Source of the DNA: an uncultured delta proteobacterium | GTDB taxonomy: Bacteria > Myxococcota_A > UBA9160 > UBA4427 | DNA length: 50,265 nt | Direction: 5' to 3' | NCBI GenBank assembly: GCA_963822965.1 | Contig: CAWGJT010000004.1 | Coordinates: forward strand, 1 to 50,265 | Part shown: one piece after another, positions 8,609 to 20,764 of the stretch | How the letters are laid out: each line of letters begins with the position of its first letter | How positions within the stretch are numbered: position 1 is the first letter of the stretch | Translations under genes and position numbers: made by a program | Notes under the pieces: generated by a model | Told to the model about the DNA's origin: nothing | The model's input: the letters and a program-made list of their open reading frames with translations, nothing else | Databases searched by the model: none

Positions 8609-8782
8609 CGGGGGGCCACTCGCTGGCGCACCGGAAGGCGGCTGGAGCCCGGCGCCGTGGGTCTTCGGCAACGAGCAGGAGAGCGGAATCCTGCCGGCAA
8701 GAAAAGCCTCAAGATCCGACCGCCGCGGCCGAAACGTGGGGCAACGATTTTGGAGCCGATCCGGGGGGGGGAGGCTCCGATG

Positions 8783-8816
8783 AGACGCCCCGGGGACCGT
8801 GAGCCCCGGGGCGTCT
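8783..8816 (-). terminator. 13-bp GC-rich hairpin downstream of thiC (possible terminator or stabiliser)
   Basis: AGACGCCCCGGGG-8 nt loop-CCCCGGGGCGTCT, ~70 bp past the inferred thiC stop. No U-tract. Confidence 0.4.
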
Positions 8817-8883
8817 TGCATTCCGGCGGCCGCAGACCTGCGAGCGGTCATCCGGCGGAGCGGACTCGAGGGACGAAGCCGGG

Positions 8884-10673
<1,790 letters not shown>

Positions 10674-10762
10674 GGCGGTCGCTCCTCTCCTCGTCCTCTT
10701 GCGCTCACCGGGGGTGGTGAGCGCCGGTCGACAACGGAGCGCCGCAGGCGGATCGCCTATCC

Positions 10763-10979
10763 GAAAGCCTTCCCTACGTTCGCCGGGCGCCGCGCCGCTC
10801 GTCCGGACGAAATCAGGTTCAAAGGGTCTGTTCTCAGGTCGGTCTCGGACCTTCTCGGACTCTTTCTCGGAGTCTCGGACTCTCTCCGATCCCGCTCCGA
10901 TCCCGCTCCGATCTCCGATCCGGCAGGACGCTGCTCACGTCCCGTCCCGATCGAGGAGGCCGACCACCCCCAGGCTCTC
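10763..10979 (-). ncRNA. TPP (THI-box) riboswitch, enlarged variant
   Basis: Minus strand: P1 GAGAGCCU/AGGCUUUC, GGGGU/ACCCU, P3 GGUCGG/CCGACC, CUGAGA, ACCCUUUGAACCUGAU, CGUAGGGA. It sits ~90 nt upstream of thiC. Confidence 0.88.
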
Positions 10980-11048
10980 CGTCTTCTTCTCTTCGTCGCG
11001 ACGCTATCACGCGGGTTCGGTGCCGACAACGCGCTACGATGCCGCGCC

Positions 11049-11699
11049 GTGCGTGGCTTCCGTCTGGTAATTCTGGCTCTCCTGGTCCCGGTCGGGCTCG
11101 CGCTCCTGGCGGGCTGCGACCGCAACACCGAGGACTTCGTCGAGGGTGAGAAGCCCCGATCACCGGACCTCGCACGCATCTTTCCCGAGCAGGATCCGTC
11201 GGCGAGCCGCCCCGGCGCGGCGCCCCAGATGCCCGCCGCCCCCAGCCGCGGCGCGCCGCCGGTTCGCACGCAGGCGCCGAGCCCGCCTTCGGCCGCCTCC
11301 GCTTCCGCTTCCGCCTCCGCCTCCGCCGCATCCGCCTCCTCCGCATCCGCCTCCGGGGAGACGATCTCCGGCACCATCTCCGTGGCGCCCGAGCTCGCTG
11401 GCTCCCTGCCCGCCCAGGGCATGCTGTTCGTGATCGCTCGCGCCGGCCGGCGTGAGCGCCGGGCCGCCCTGGCGGTGCTGCGGATTCCTTCGCCGCACTT
11501 CCCGCTGGCGTTCGAGATCGGTCCTGCCAACGTGATGATTCCCAGCATGCGCTTCCAGGGGGACATCCAGATCACCGCCCGCCTCGACGGCGACGGCAAC
11601 GCCATGACCCGCGCGCCGGGTGACGTCAGCGGCGCCACCCGCGAGCCCCATCGTCCGGGGGCGAAGGCCGTCTCCATCGTCCTCGACGAGAAGCTCTGA
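11049..11699 (+). CDS. Lipoprotein with a CcmI/CycH C-terminal-like domain and Pro/Ala/Ser linker
   Basis: Lipobox LLAGC; TISGTISVAPEL...LFVIAR...LAVLRI..HFPLAFEIGPANVM...ITARLD.DGNA...GD. A small compensated indel is likely near 11450. Confidence 0.7.
   Translation: MRGFRLVILALLVPVGLALLAGCDRNTEDFVEGEKPRSPDLARIFPEQDPSASRPGAAPQMPAAPSRGAPPVRTQAPSPPSAASASASASASAASASSASASGETISGTISVAPELAGSLPAQGMLFVIARAGRRERRAALAVLRIPSPHFPLAFEIGPANVMIPSMRFQGDIQITARLDGDGNAMTRAPGDVSGATREPHRPGAKAVSIVLDEKL
11293..11355 (+). repeat. Coding hexamer repeat (TCCGCH)n encoding an Ala-Ser linker
   Basis: GCCTCCGCTTCCGCTTCCGCCTCCGCCTCC... translates as SAASASASASASAASASSASAS. Confidence 0.75.
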
Positions 11700-11721
11700 C
11701 GAGCCCGGATCGGCGCGGGCG

Positions 11722-12296
11722 ATGAGCGATCGAAGCAGGAGATCCCAGCCGGAGCCGTGGGAGACCCTCGCCCACGAGAAGCTGCAGGAATGCCGGGTCT
11801 TCGACGTCTACCGCAAGACGTCCCGCTCTCCCCGCACGGGGCGGGCGCACGACTTCTTTCGCATCGAAGCCGACGACTGGGTGAACGTCGTCGCCGTCAC
11901 CGCGGACGACGAGATCGTGATGATCCGGCAGTACCGGCACGGAAGCGACGAGATCACGCTCGAGATTCCGGGCGGGCATCGTCGACCCGGGAGAGTCGCC
12001 GGCCGAGGCCGCCGCGCGCGAGCTGCTCGAGGAGACGGGCTATCGCGGCGCCGCCGCCGTTCCCCTGGGCGTCGTCAATCCCAACCCCGCGCTCTTCGGC
12101 AACGACTGCCACACCTTCCTGGTCCGCGACGCCGTGCGCGTGGACGAGGTGCGCAACGACGGGGAGACGGAGCACACGGTGGTCGAGCTGCTGCCGCGAG
12201 CGGAGCTCCGCGAGTCGACTGCTCGCCGGCGACATCGGCCACGCGCTCGTGATCGCGGGCCTCTTCTGGTTCGAGCTCAGCGAGGGGTCTCGCTGA
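11722..12296 (+). CDS. NUDIX hydrolase (ADP-ribose pyrophosphatase-like); frameshifts near 11978 and 12215
   Basis: DWVNVVAVT..EIVMIRQYRHG....LEIPGG, then in the shifted frame AAARELLEETGY (Nudix box) and NPNPALFGN. Confidence 0.88.
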
Positions 12297-12665
12297 CCCG
12301 CTCGAGCACGACGTCGACCAGCTTCTCGTGGACGCCGAGCGGCTCGCTCACGCGGATCGTCACACCCGGGTGTCGGCCGGCGGCCGCGTCGACCTGGGCC
12401 GGGATGTCCTCCCGGCTGTGCCGTCCGGGCGACAACAGGTAGGGGTGCACGACGATCTCCCGCGCCCCGGCGGCCACGCAGGCGTCGATGCCTTCGGCGA
12501 CCGTGGGCGGGATGCCACCTCCATGTGGGCCACCCGCACGATGCGTCCGGGGTCGCGGGCGCGCACGAGACGCGCGATCTCCTCGAGCTGCTCGTTCGCC
12601 TCGGCGCGGCGACTGCCGTGGTCCACGAGCAGGATCGCGGGCGGCCCGGGCGGCGGGTCGGCCAC
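12277..12665 (-). CDS. Short CbiX/SirB-type tetrapyrrole chelatase; frameshifted near 12500
   Basis: ILLVDHGSRRAEAN...VRVAHME, and IVVHPYLLSPGRHSREDIP...SEPLGVH. Confidence 0.85.
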
Positions 12666-12759
12666 GGGGGGCTCGGGCTCCGATCAGCGGTGGCGCGCGC
12701 CCTCTCGGCGGCCTCTCCCGCTTCCGCCACTCACTTCCGTCTTGCTCCGCGTCGGCCTT

Positions 12760-13051
12760 CTACCAGTAGGGTGCGGAGACCGTCAGATCCGCGGCGACGC
12801 TCACCCGGCAGGCGAGGCGAAGAGAGGCGGCGATGCGGTTGCGCGCCTTGATGTGCAGCTCTTCCTCGCTCTCCGCGTCGAGCGTCTCGCCGCCCGACGA
12901 GGATCGCGAGCCCGCAGCGCCCGCAGACGCCGTCCGCCCCGCAGGCGTTCGCCACGGGGAGGTCGGCCCGGCGTGCCGCCTCCAGCAGGCTGCTCCCGGC
13001 GGCGACCCGCACGCTCCGCAGGGAGGGCTCGAATCGGATCGTGAAGTCCAC
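12760..13051 (-). CDS. 2Fe-2S ferredoxin; frameshift near 12900
   Basis: SLLEAARRADLPVANACGADGVCGRC...RLACRV...LTVSAPYW. Confidence 0.85.
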
Positions 13052-13195
13052 GCGCCGAGAGTAAGCGAGCCCGGGGCGGGCCGCATTCCGCGGCCCATCC
13101 GGCCTCGTTCCCCTCCCTACCGTGTGCCTCCGGGGCGTCCCGTCCCGGCGTGTCCCGCGGCCGGGTGAGTCGCGACCCTTTGCGGGTCGTGACCT

Positions 13196-13224
13196 TTGAG
13201 GAGGCTCGGGGCCTCGGGTAGCAT
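13196..13224 (+). promoter_or_regulatory. Sigma70-type promoter, probably giving a leaderless mRNA
   Basis: TTGAGG-17 nt-TAGCAT, followed by 7 nt and then ATG 13232. No SD sequence. Confidence 0.55.
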
Positions 13225-13231
13225 TCCGGCC

Positions 13232-13958
13232 ATGCCCAGCGCCGCGCTCCTCGTCATCGGCAACGAGATCCTGTCCGGGAAGGTCGTGGACACGAACTCC
13301 CCGTTCCTGGCGGCGGAGCTGCGCCAGCTGGGCGTCGACCTCGAGCGCATCCTCACGATTCCGGACGAGATCGACATCATCGCGGGCGAGGTCCGGTCGA
13401 TGAGCGAGCGCTACGACTTCGTCTTCACGTCCGGCGGCATCGGCCCGACCCACGACGATCTCACCATGGACGCCATCGCCCAGGCGTTCGGCCGTGAGCT
13501 CGAGCTGAACCTCGTCCATGATCGAGCGGATCGAGCGGGCCCAGGGCGGCCCGCCCAACGCCAGCCAGCGGAAGATGGCGATGATCCCGGCGGGCGCCCA
13601 GGTGATCGACGCGGGCGACCTGTGGTTCCCGGTCGTGATCGTCGAGAACGTCCACATCTTCCCGGGCATCCCGAAGCTGCTGCAGAAGAAGTTCCACTCG
13701 ATCCGCGACCGCTTCCGGGGGGTTCCCTTCCAGCTGCGGCGCATCTACGTCACCAAGCACGAGAGCGACATCGCGGACCAGCTCAACGACCTGCTGGTGG
13801 AGTTTCCCGAGCTGATGCTCGGCTCGTACCCGAAGATCGAAGAGCCCGAGTACCGGGTGCTCCTGACCCTCGAATCCCGGGACGTCGACTACCTGAAGCG
13901 TGCCCAGGAGTCGCTCATCGCGCGCCTGGAAGCCGACGCCATCTACAAGGTCGAGTAG
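13232..13958 (+). CDS. CinA N-terminal/molybdopterin-binding-domain protein (pyrophosphatase-like); frameshift near 13510
   Basis: AALLVIGNEILSGKVVDTNS, FTSGGIGPTHDDLT, NVHIFPGIP, LGSYP. No PncC domain. Confidence 0.88.
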
Positions 13959-13970
13959 TCGGGGTCGCGC

Positions 13971-14419
13971 CTGGACCCCACCGGCCACGATTCCATCGCC
14001 CGTTGGCTCGCCTTCGTGCATCCGGCCTGCGATGGTGGTGGCGCTGCTGCTCTCGCTGCTCGCCCTGCGGGTGGGGCTCGCCATGCGCGGGCGTCGCAAG
14101 CGCGGGATGCCGCCGGCCGGGGCTGCTCGCGCGCCACCTGCAGCTGGCGCGTCCGGCCGTCGTCCTGCTGCTGGCGGGATTCCTCGGCGGGCCGGTCTCG
14201 GCCTGGTGGCTGCGGGGCTGGACGCCCTTCGGGAGCCTGCACGCATGGCTCGGCGTGCTGGCGGCCGGGCTCTTCGGGACCGCGGGCTGGCTGGGGCTGC
14301 GGCTCCAGCACGGCCGTCTCTCCCGGACCCGCGGCGCCAACCTGCACGGCCTGCTGGGCACTCTCGGCATGCTGGTGGGAGCGGTCGCCGCGGCCGCGGG
14401 GATGGTGCTGCTTCCCTGA
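13971..14419 (+). CDS. DUF4079-like (cytochrome b561-like) membrane protein; frameshifted, start uncertain
   Basis: WLAFVHPA..VVALLL; RHLQLARPAVVLLLAGFLGG; SLHAWLG; NLHGLLG. Four TM segments, each with a His. Confidence 0.6.
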
Positions 14420-14517
14420 TGGGGGGCTGACTGCCCGAGTGCCCGCGCCTCCAGGCCAGGCGACGAGCGGCAGCACGGCGGCCGAGCCAGACGACGAGCG
14501 GCAGCCCGGCGCCCGAA

Positions 14518-15618
14518 TCAGTCGACGGGTGGCAGCACGTCGGTGCTTCGCTGGCGCAGCCAGTGGTCGGCCAGCACCAGGCACACCATCGCCTCCACCA
14601 TGGGAACGGCGCGCGGCAGCACGCAGGGATCGTGGCGGCCCTGGGCCTCCAGGGTGACCGCGCGGCCGGCGCGGTCGACGGTCTGCTGGGCGCGCCGGAT
14701 GGTCGCGGTCGGCTTGAAGGCGACCCGCAGCAGGATGGGCTCGCCGTTGCTGATGCCGCCCTGCACGCCCCCGAGCGGTTCGAGGCGGCGTGCGGCCGGC
14801 CGTCCTCGCCCGGGCACGAAGGGGTCGTTGTGCTCGCTGCCCGTCATGCAGCGTGCCCGGCGAAGCCGCTGCCGATCTCGAAGCCCTTGCTGGCGGGCAG
14901 CGACATCAGGCCGCGGGCCAGCTCCGCCTCGAGCTTCTCGAAGACCGGCTCGCCGAGTCCGGCGGGAACGCTCCGCGCGACGCAGCCCACGACGCCGCCC
15001 AGGGAGTCGCCCTGCTCGCGCACGGCGTCGATCCGCTCGATCATGCGCTCGGCGGCCTCGGGATCGGGGCAGCGCACCGGGTTCGCCTCGACCGCCTCGA
15101 GCGTCACGCCCGCGGGATCGATCTTCGCCTCGACGTCGCGCTACCCGCTCCACCCAGGCCAGCACCTCGACGCCCGCCGCCTCGCGCAGCAGCTTGCGGG
15201 CGATCGCGCCCGCGGCCACCCGACCGATCGTCTCCCGGGCGCTGGCGCGGCCGCCTCCCTGCCAGTTGCGGATGCCGTACTTCGCCTCGGTGGTGTAGTC
15301 GGCGTGGGAGGGCCGGAAGACGTCGCGCATGTGCTCGTAGGCGGACGGTCGCGCGTCCTGGTTGCGGACGAGCAGGCCGATGGGGGAGCCGAGGGTCCGG
15401 CCCTCGAAGGTGCCCGACAGGATCTCCACCCGGTCGGCCTCCTGGCGCGGCGTGGTGAGGCGGCTCTGGCCCGGCCTGCGGCGGTCGAGATCGCGCTGGA
15501 TCTCCTGCGCGTCGATCGCCAGCCGCGGCGGGCAGCCCTCCACGACGACGCCCACGGCGCCCCCGTGGGACTCGCCGAAGGTCGTGATGCGAAGGATCTT
15601 TCCGAAAGTGCTGCTCAA
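14518..15618 (-). CDS. aroC: Chorismate synthase; frameshifts near 15140 and 14850
   Basis: [67 protein letters not shown] start. Confidence 0.95.
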   Translation of the reverse strand: MSSTFGKILRITTFGESHGGAVGVVVEGCPPRLAIDAQEIQRDLDRRRPGQSRLTTPRQEADRVEILSGTFEGRTLGSPIGLLVRNQDARPSAYEHMRDVFRPSHADYTTEAKYGIRNWQGGGRASARETIGRVAAGAIARKLLREAAGVEVLAWVERVARRRGEDRSRGRDARGGRGEPGALPRSRGRRAHDRADRRRARAGRLPGRRRGLRRAERSRRTRRAGLREARGGAGPRPDVAARQQGLRDRQRLRRARCMTGSEHNDPFVPGRGRPAARRLEPLGGVQGGISNGEPILLRVAFKPTATIRRAQQTVDRAGRAVTLEAQGRHDPCVLPRAVPMVEAMVCLVLADHWLRQRSTDVLPPVD

Positions 15619-15742
15619 GGTTGGTCCGTCCGGGAGTGCGCCGCGAAGGTACCGCAATCGGATCGCGGGCGGCTCGGGGGCGTAGCCCGTTGCGTCGGGT
15701 CGCCCGCCGGAACCCGAGCCCACCGCCGGCATCCCAGGCGCC

Positions 15743-16447
15743 ATGCGCGCGGCGAGCCCCGACGGCGACCTTCGATCGATCAACGGCGACATGCGGACGC
15801 GCGCGTGCATGAACACGGCGACGATGGACTGGCAGCCGAGTCCCAGCGGCAGCGTCTGGCGCAAGCGCGTCCATCTGGTGGGCGAGCCCGAATCCGGGCA
15901 GGTCACCTCGCTGGTCCGCTACGAGCCGGGGGCCACCTTCCCCGTGCACGACCATCCGGATGGCGAGGAGATCCTGGTGCTCGAAGGTGTGTTCTCGGAC
16001 GAGCACGGGGACTGGCCGGCGGGCACCTTCCTGTTGAACCCGGAGGGCTTCCGGCACGCGCCGTTCTCGCGCGAGGGCTGCCGCCTGTTCGTGAAGCTGC
16101 GGCAGTACGGCGGTGCCGGTCGGGTGCACGTGGCGGTCCAGACCGCCGATCTGCCGTGGCGGTCGAGCGCGCGTCCGGGCGTCTCCGAGAAGCGGCTCTA
16201 CGAGAGCCCGGCGGACGAGATGCGTCTCGAGCGCTGGCAGCCGGGTGCCGCGCCCGGGCAGGCGCGCTACCGGCGGGGGGTCGAGATCCTCGTTCTGGGC
16301 GGGCGCCTGCAGGACGAGGTGGCGGTCTACGAAGAGGGCAGCTGGCTGCGCGTTCCGCCGGGTGCTTCGCACACGCCGGCCTCGCCGGACGGCTGTGAGC
16401 TATACGTGAAGGAAGGCGGCGTCGCTTCGCTCCGCTCCATCGAGTAG
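15743..16447 (+). CDS. Tandem ChrR-like cupin protein
   Basis: WQPSP..VWRKR...TSLVRYEPGATFPVHDHPDGEEILVLEGVFSDEHG...FVKLRQ, plus a second cupin copy. Confidence 0.88.
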   Translation: MRAASPDGDLRSINGDMRTRACMNTATMDWQPSPSGSVWRKRVHLVGEPESGQVTSLVRYEPGATFPVHDHPDGEEILVLEGVFSDEHGDWPAGTFLLNPEGFRHAPFSREGCRLFVKLRQYGGAGRVHVAVQTADLPWRSSARPGVSEKRLYESPADEMRLERWQPGAAPGQARYRRGVEILVLGGRLQDEVAVYEEGSWLRVPPGASHTPASPDGCELYVKEGGVASLRSIE

Positions 16448-16571
16448 CGGGCGCCCCCGCCCTTCCATCGACCCACCCTCGGACCGTCTCGCGGCGTCGT
16501 CCGCCGCATTCCCGCGAGCCCTCCCGAGGCGTCTGCCCGTCCACGCGACCGTTCGAAAGGAGCCCCTGCCG

Positions 16572-17288
16572 GTGTCGCCCCTGCAAGTGGTCCTCGTGGT
16601 GGGCGTCGTCACCCTGGCGGCCTGTCTCCAGGGCTCGATCGGCTTCGGGATGGCGCTCGTCGCGGCGCCGATCCTGGCGCTGGTGGATCCGACGCTCGTG
16701 CCCGGACCGCTCATCGCGAGCGCTCTCGTCCTGGTCACCCTGGTGGCGATCCGCGATCGCGCCCACGCGGATCTCCGCACGGTGCGCTTCTCGATGCTGG
16801 GGCAGGCGGTGGGGGCCTACGCGGGAGCATCCGTGCTGGCGCGGCTGGACCCGCGCGGCTTCGGGATCCTCTTCGGTGCGCTCGTGCTGCTGGCGGTGGC
16901 GATCAGCGCGCTCGGGTTCCACGTGCGGGTCACGAAGACCAGCGCGCTCTCGGCCGGCCTGCTCGGCGGCTTCATGGGCGCCACGTCGTCGATCGGCGGG
17001 CCGCCCATGGCGCTGGTCTACCAGCACGAGGGGTCGGCCCGCTTCCGCGGAACCCTGTCGGCCTACTTCATCGTGTCCTGCGTGGTGAGCCTCACGGCGC
17101 TGGCCTGGGTGGGCCGCTTCGGCTGGCACGAGCTCCAGCAGGCGGCGGTGCTGGTTCCCGGTCAGGTGGCGGGCTTCCTGCTCTCCTACCCGATGACCCG
17201 CGTGCTGCGCGACACCTCGGTCCGCCCCTTCGTGCTCGGGCTGTCGGCGCTGGCGGCCACCGGGGTGCTCGCACGCGCTTTCCTGTGA
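16572..17288 (+). CDS. TauE/SafE (TSUP) family membrane transporter
   Basis: QGSIGFGMALVAAP; GGFMGATSSIGGPP; about 8 TM segments. Confidence 0.88.
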   Translation: MSPLQVVLVVGVVTLAACLQGSIGFGMALVAAPILALVDPTLVPGPLIASALVLVTLVAIRDRAHADLRTVRFSMLGQAVGAYAGASVLARLDPRGFGILFGALVLLAVAISALGFHVRVTKTSALSAGLLGGFMGATSSIGGPPMALVYQHEGSARFRGTLSAYFIVSCVVSLTALAWVGRFGWHELQQAAVLVPGQVAGFLLSYPMTRVLRDTSVRPFVLGLSALAATGVLARAFL

Positions 17289-17372
17289 AGCGGGCCGCCC
17301 GCGGCCGTCGGGACCCCGGGAGCGAGTGCGGTACCCTGCCGCGTCCCGCTTCCGACCCACGACGGAGTCTCC

Positions 17373-18719
17373 GTGGCACCGGCCCTGCCCATTCTCGACC
17401 TCGCGACTTCGAGCGGACGCCAGGACTTCGAGGCGCGCCTCGCCCGGCTGCGAGGAACCACCTCGCTCGTCGGTGACACCGCCCGCGCGGTGGCGGACAT
17501 CATCGAGGACGTGCGCCGGCGAGGGGACGCCGCCGTCGTCGAGCTGATGCGCCGGTTCTCCGATCCGGCCTTCGAGGCGTCGTCGATCCGCGTGGCCGAG
17601 GGGGACTTCGAGCGCGCGGAGGCGTCCCTCGATCCCGCCCTGCGCGAGTCGATCGAGGGTGCCATCGCCAACGTGCGGGCCTACCAGCAACACATCCTGC
17701 CCGGGGACGTCGACGCCGGTGACCATCGAGCGGTGCCGAGCTGGGGCTGCGCCAGTCCGCCGTCGCGAGCGCCGGGCTCACGGTGCCCGGAGGTGCCGCC
17801 GTTCTCTTCTCCACGGTCATCATGCTGGCGGTGCCCGCGATCGTGGCGGGCGTCGACCCGCGCCGCATCCGGATCGTGAACCCGCCGCCCACGCGCCGGC
17901 CGGACGACGAGGAGTCCCGCGCGCGACATCTCGCCGGTGGTGCTGGCGACGTGTCGCCTGCTGGGCGTGGACACCGTGTATCGCATCGGAGGCGCCCAGG
18001 CCGTCGCCGCCCTCGCCTACGGGACCGAGACCGTCGAGGCGGTGGACCTGATCGCCGGGCCCGGCAACGTCTACGGTCAGCTCGCCAAGCAGATGGTGGC
18101 GGGTGTCGTGGGGACCGACGGCGGCTTCTACGGGCCGAGCGAGATCGTCACCCTGGCGGACGAGAGCGCGGACCCGCGCTGCGTGGCCGCGGATCTCATC
18201 GCCCAGGCCGAGCACGATCCCGGCAAGTGCTTCCTGGTGTGCTGGTCGGCGGACGTGGCGGCGACCATCGTGGCGGAGGTCGCGCGCCAGCTCCGTGAGC
18301 GCGGGCGCTCGCAGATCATCGAGCGCGCCCTCGCGAGCGAGTCCGCCGCGGTGATCGTGGCGAACGAGGAAGAGGCGGTCGCGGTGGCGGATCGCGTCGC
18401 GGCCGAGCACGTGAACCTGGCGGTCGCGGATCCCGAGCGTCTCCTGGCCGAGATCCGCAACGGCGGCGAGTTCTTCCTGGGCGACCAGTCGCCGGTGGCC
18501 AGCGGGGACTACTGGGCCGGACCGAGTCACTGCCTGCCCACGGGCACCACCGCCCGCTTCGCGAGCGGCGTCAGCGTCTACACCTTCCTGAAGCGGAGCG
18601 GCACCGTCTACTACCGGGACGGCATGCCGGCGCGCGCCGTCGAGCACGTGGCCCGGCTCGCGGAGGCCGAGGGGCTCGACGCACACGCCGAGTCGGCCCG
18701 GGTGCGGGGGCGCCGCTGA
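17373..18719 (+). CDS. hisD: Histidinol dehydrogenase; frameshifts near 17720-17760 and 17925
   Basis: VRRRGDAAV, VPGG, IGGAQAVAALAYGT, IAGPGNVY, GPSE, DLIAQAEHD, AAEHV, GDYWAGPSHCLPT, AEGLDAHA. Confidence 0.93.
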
Positions 18720-18878
18720 GGGCGGGCCTCGAGTTCGCGCCGGCCGGGGAGGCGGGTCTCGTCCCGGAGCGGGCCTGGGGCGGTACTACGAGGCCGCGGG
18801 GTTCGAGCGACACAGCGAGGGGACCGCCGGCAACTCGCTTCCTGCGCTATCAGAAGCCGCTTCGGTAGACTCCGCGGC

Positions 18879-19355
18879 ATGCGACGCGTCACCCCCGAGG
18901 CCTCGGTGAGCCTTCAGCGCATCACGGCGGAGACCCTCGAGGGCGTTCTCGGGCTCACGGTGAGCGCCGAGCAGCGCGCGTTCGTGGCGTCCAACGAGCG
19001 CTCGATCGCCCAGGCTCACTTCGACGAGGGCGCCTGGTTCCGATCGATCCACGCGGACGAGACCCCGGTCGGCTTCGTGCTGCTGCACGACGAGAGCCTC
19101 TGCGCCGAGCCCCGGGAGAAGGGGTACTTCTTCCTATGGCGTCTGATGATCGATCAACGCTACCAGCGGATGGGCTTCGGGCGTCGGGCGGCTCGGCTCG
19201 TCGTGGCCCACGTCCGTTCGCGACCGAACGCGGAGAAGCTCCACACCAGCTATCGGCGAGGCGAGGGAGGCCCCGAGGCCTTCTACGCGAAGCTCGGCTT
19301 CCGGGAGACCGGTGTGGACGACGACGGAGAGGTGCAGGCCTGTCTCGACCTGTGA
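18879..19355 (+). CDS. GNAT N-acetyltransferase (spermidine/spermine acetyltransferase-like)
   Basis: LTVSAEQRAFVASN..SIAQA; LWRLMIDQRYQRMGFGR; FYAKLGF. Confidence 0.88.
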   Translation: MRRVTPEASVSLQRITAETLEGVLGLTVSAEQRAFVASNERSIAQAHFDEGAWFRSIHADETPVGFVLLHDESLCAEPREKGYFFLWRLMIDQRYQRMGFGRRAARLVVAHVRSRPNAEKLHTSYRRGEGGPEAFYAKLGFRETGVDDDGEVQACLDL

Positions 19356-19371
19356 ATCGCGGGCGACTCCC

Positions 19372-20761
19372 ATGACCGAGGCGCACCCGTCTCTCGATTT
19401 CTTCGGCGTGGCGTGGCGCCTGGGCGTGACGCTCTTCTTCGTCGCGCTCAACGGCTTCTTCGTCGCGGCCGAGTTCTCGCTCGTCAAGGTCCGCACGTCC
19501 CGGATCGACGCCCTCGCCGTCCAGGGGCGGCGCTCGGCGCGCAACGTCCAGCACGTCCTCACCCACCTCGACCGCTACCTGTCGGCGTGCCAGCTCGGAA
19601 TCACCCTGGCCAGCCTGGTGCTCGGTGCACTCGGCGAGCCGGCCGTCTCGGTGCTGATCCTCGCGGCCGCCGAGGGAGCGGGGATTCCGTTGGATCCCGC
19701 GTCGTCCTGGCTGCCCGTTGTGTCGATCACCATCGCCTTCACGCTGATCACCACCCTGCACATGACGGTCGGCGAGCAGGCGCCGAAGATGTGGGCCCTT
19801 CGGCGCGCCGAGGGCACGGCGTTGCGAGCGGCGGGCTTCCTGCGCGGATTCGCCTGGGTCTTCGGTCCCTTCATCGTGGCCATCAACGGGCTGTCGAACT
19901 CGATCCTGCGCATGGCGGGGCTGCCCGCGGAGCTTGGCCACGAGTCGAGCCACACCACGGAGGAGATCCGCAGCATCCTCTCCCTGTCGGCGCGTGCCGG
20001 CCACATCAGCGAGCGGGAGCACGAGCTCACCGAGAACGTGTTCCGCATGATGCACCTCGAGGTGCGGCACGTCGTCGTTCCGCGGGTCGAGGTGGAGTAC
20101 CTCTCCCTCGAACGCAGCGTGGAAGAGAACCTCGACAAGATCCGGCGCAGCGGCCACAGCCGGCTGCCGCTGTGCGAGGTGGGGCTCGACACGATCGTGG
20201 GCTTCGTGCACGCCAAGGACGTGCTCGAAGCCAGCCTGCGCGGGCGTGCCGCTCGACCTGCGCGCGGTCGCGCGGGAGCCCCTCTACGTGCCGGACACCA
20301 TGGCGCTCTCGAACTTCCTGCTGGAGCTGCAGTCGACCCGGCAGCACTGCGCGGTGGTGATCGACGAGCACGGGACCGCCATCGGCCTGGCCTTCCGGGA
20401 GGACGCGCTGGAGGAGATCGTCGGGCCGCTGGGCGACGAGTTCGACGAGGCGGAGCAGGACTTCACCACCTTGCCGGGAGGCGCGTTCGAGGTGAGCGGC
20501 CGCATGTCGCTCCCCGAGGTGTGCGACCGCCTCGACTTCGAGCTGGACGAGGACGAGGCCGAGGAGACCATCGGCGGGCACGTGACCGCCCTGCTGGGCC
20601 GCCTGCCCCGCAAGGGAGACCGGGTGAAGATGGGCCCCTATCGCGCCACCGTGCTGGACGTGGCCCGTCGCCGCATCACCCGGCTCCACTTCGAGCCGTT
20701 GCCCGAGGAGGAAGGGTCCGGCACGCCGGAGGCGGGATCCGGAATCCCGCAGGAGCGCTGA
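19372..20761 (+). CDS. HlyC/CorC (CNNM-CBS-CorC) family Mg2+/Co2+ transport protein; frameshift near 20245
   Basis: LNGFFVAAEFSLV, LSACQLGITLASL, HMTVGEQAPK, GHSRLP, VIDEHG, EDALEEIVG, ETIGG. Confidence 0.92.
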
Positions 20762-20764
20762 ACG

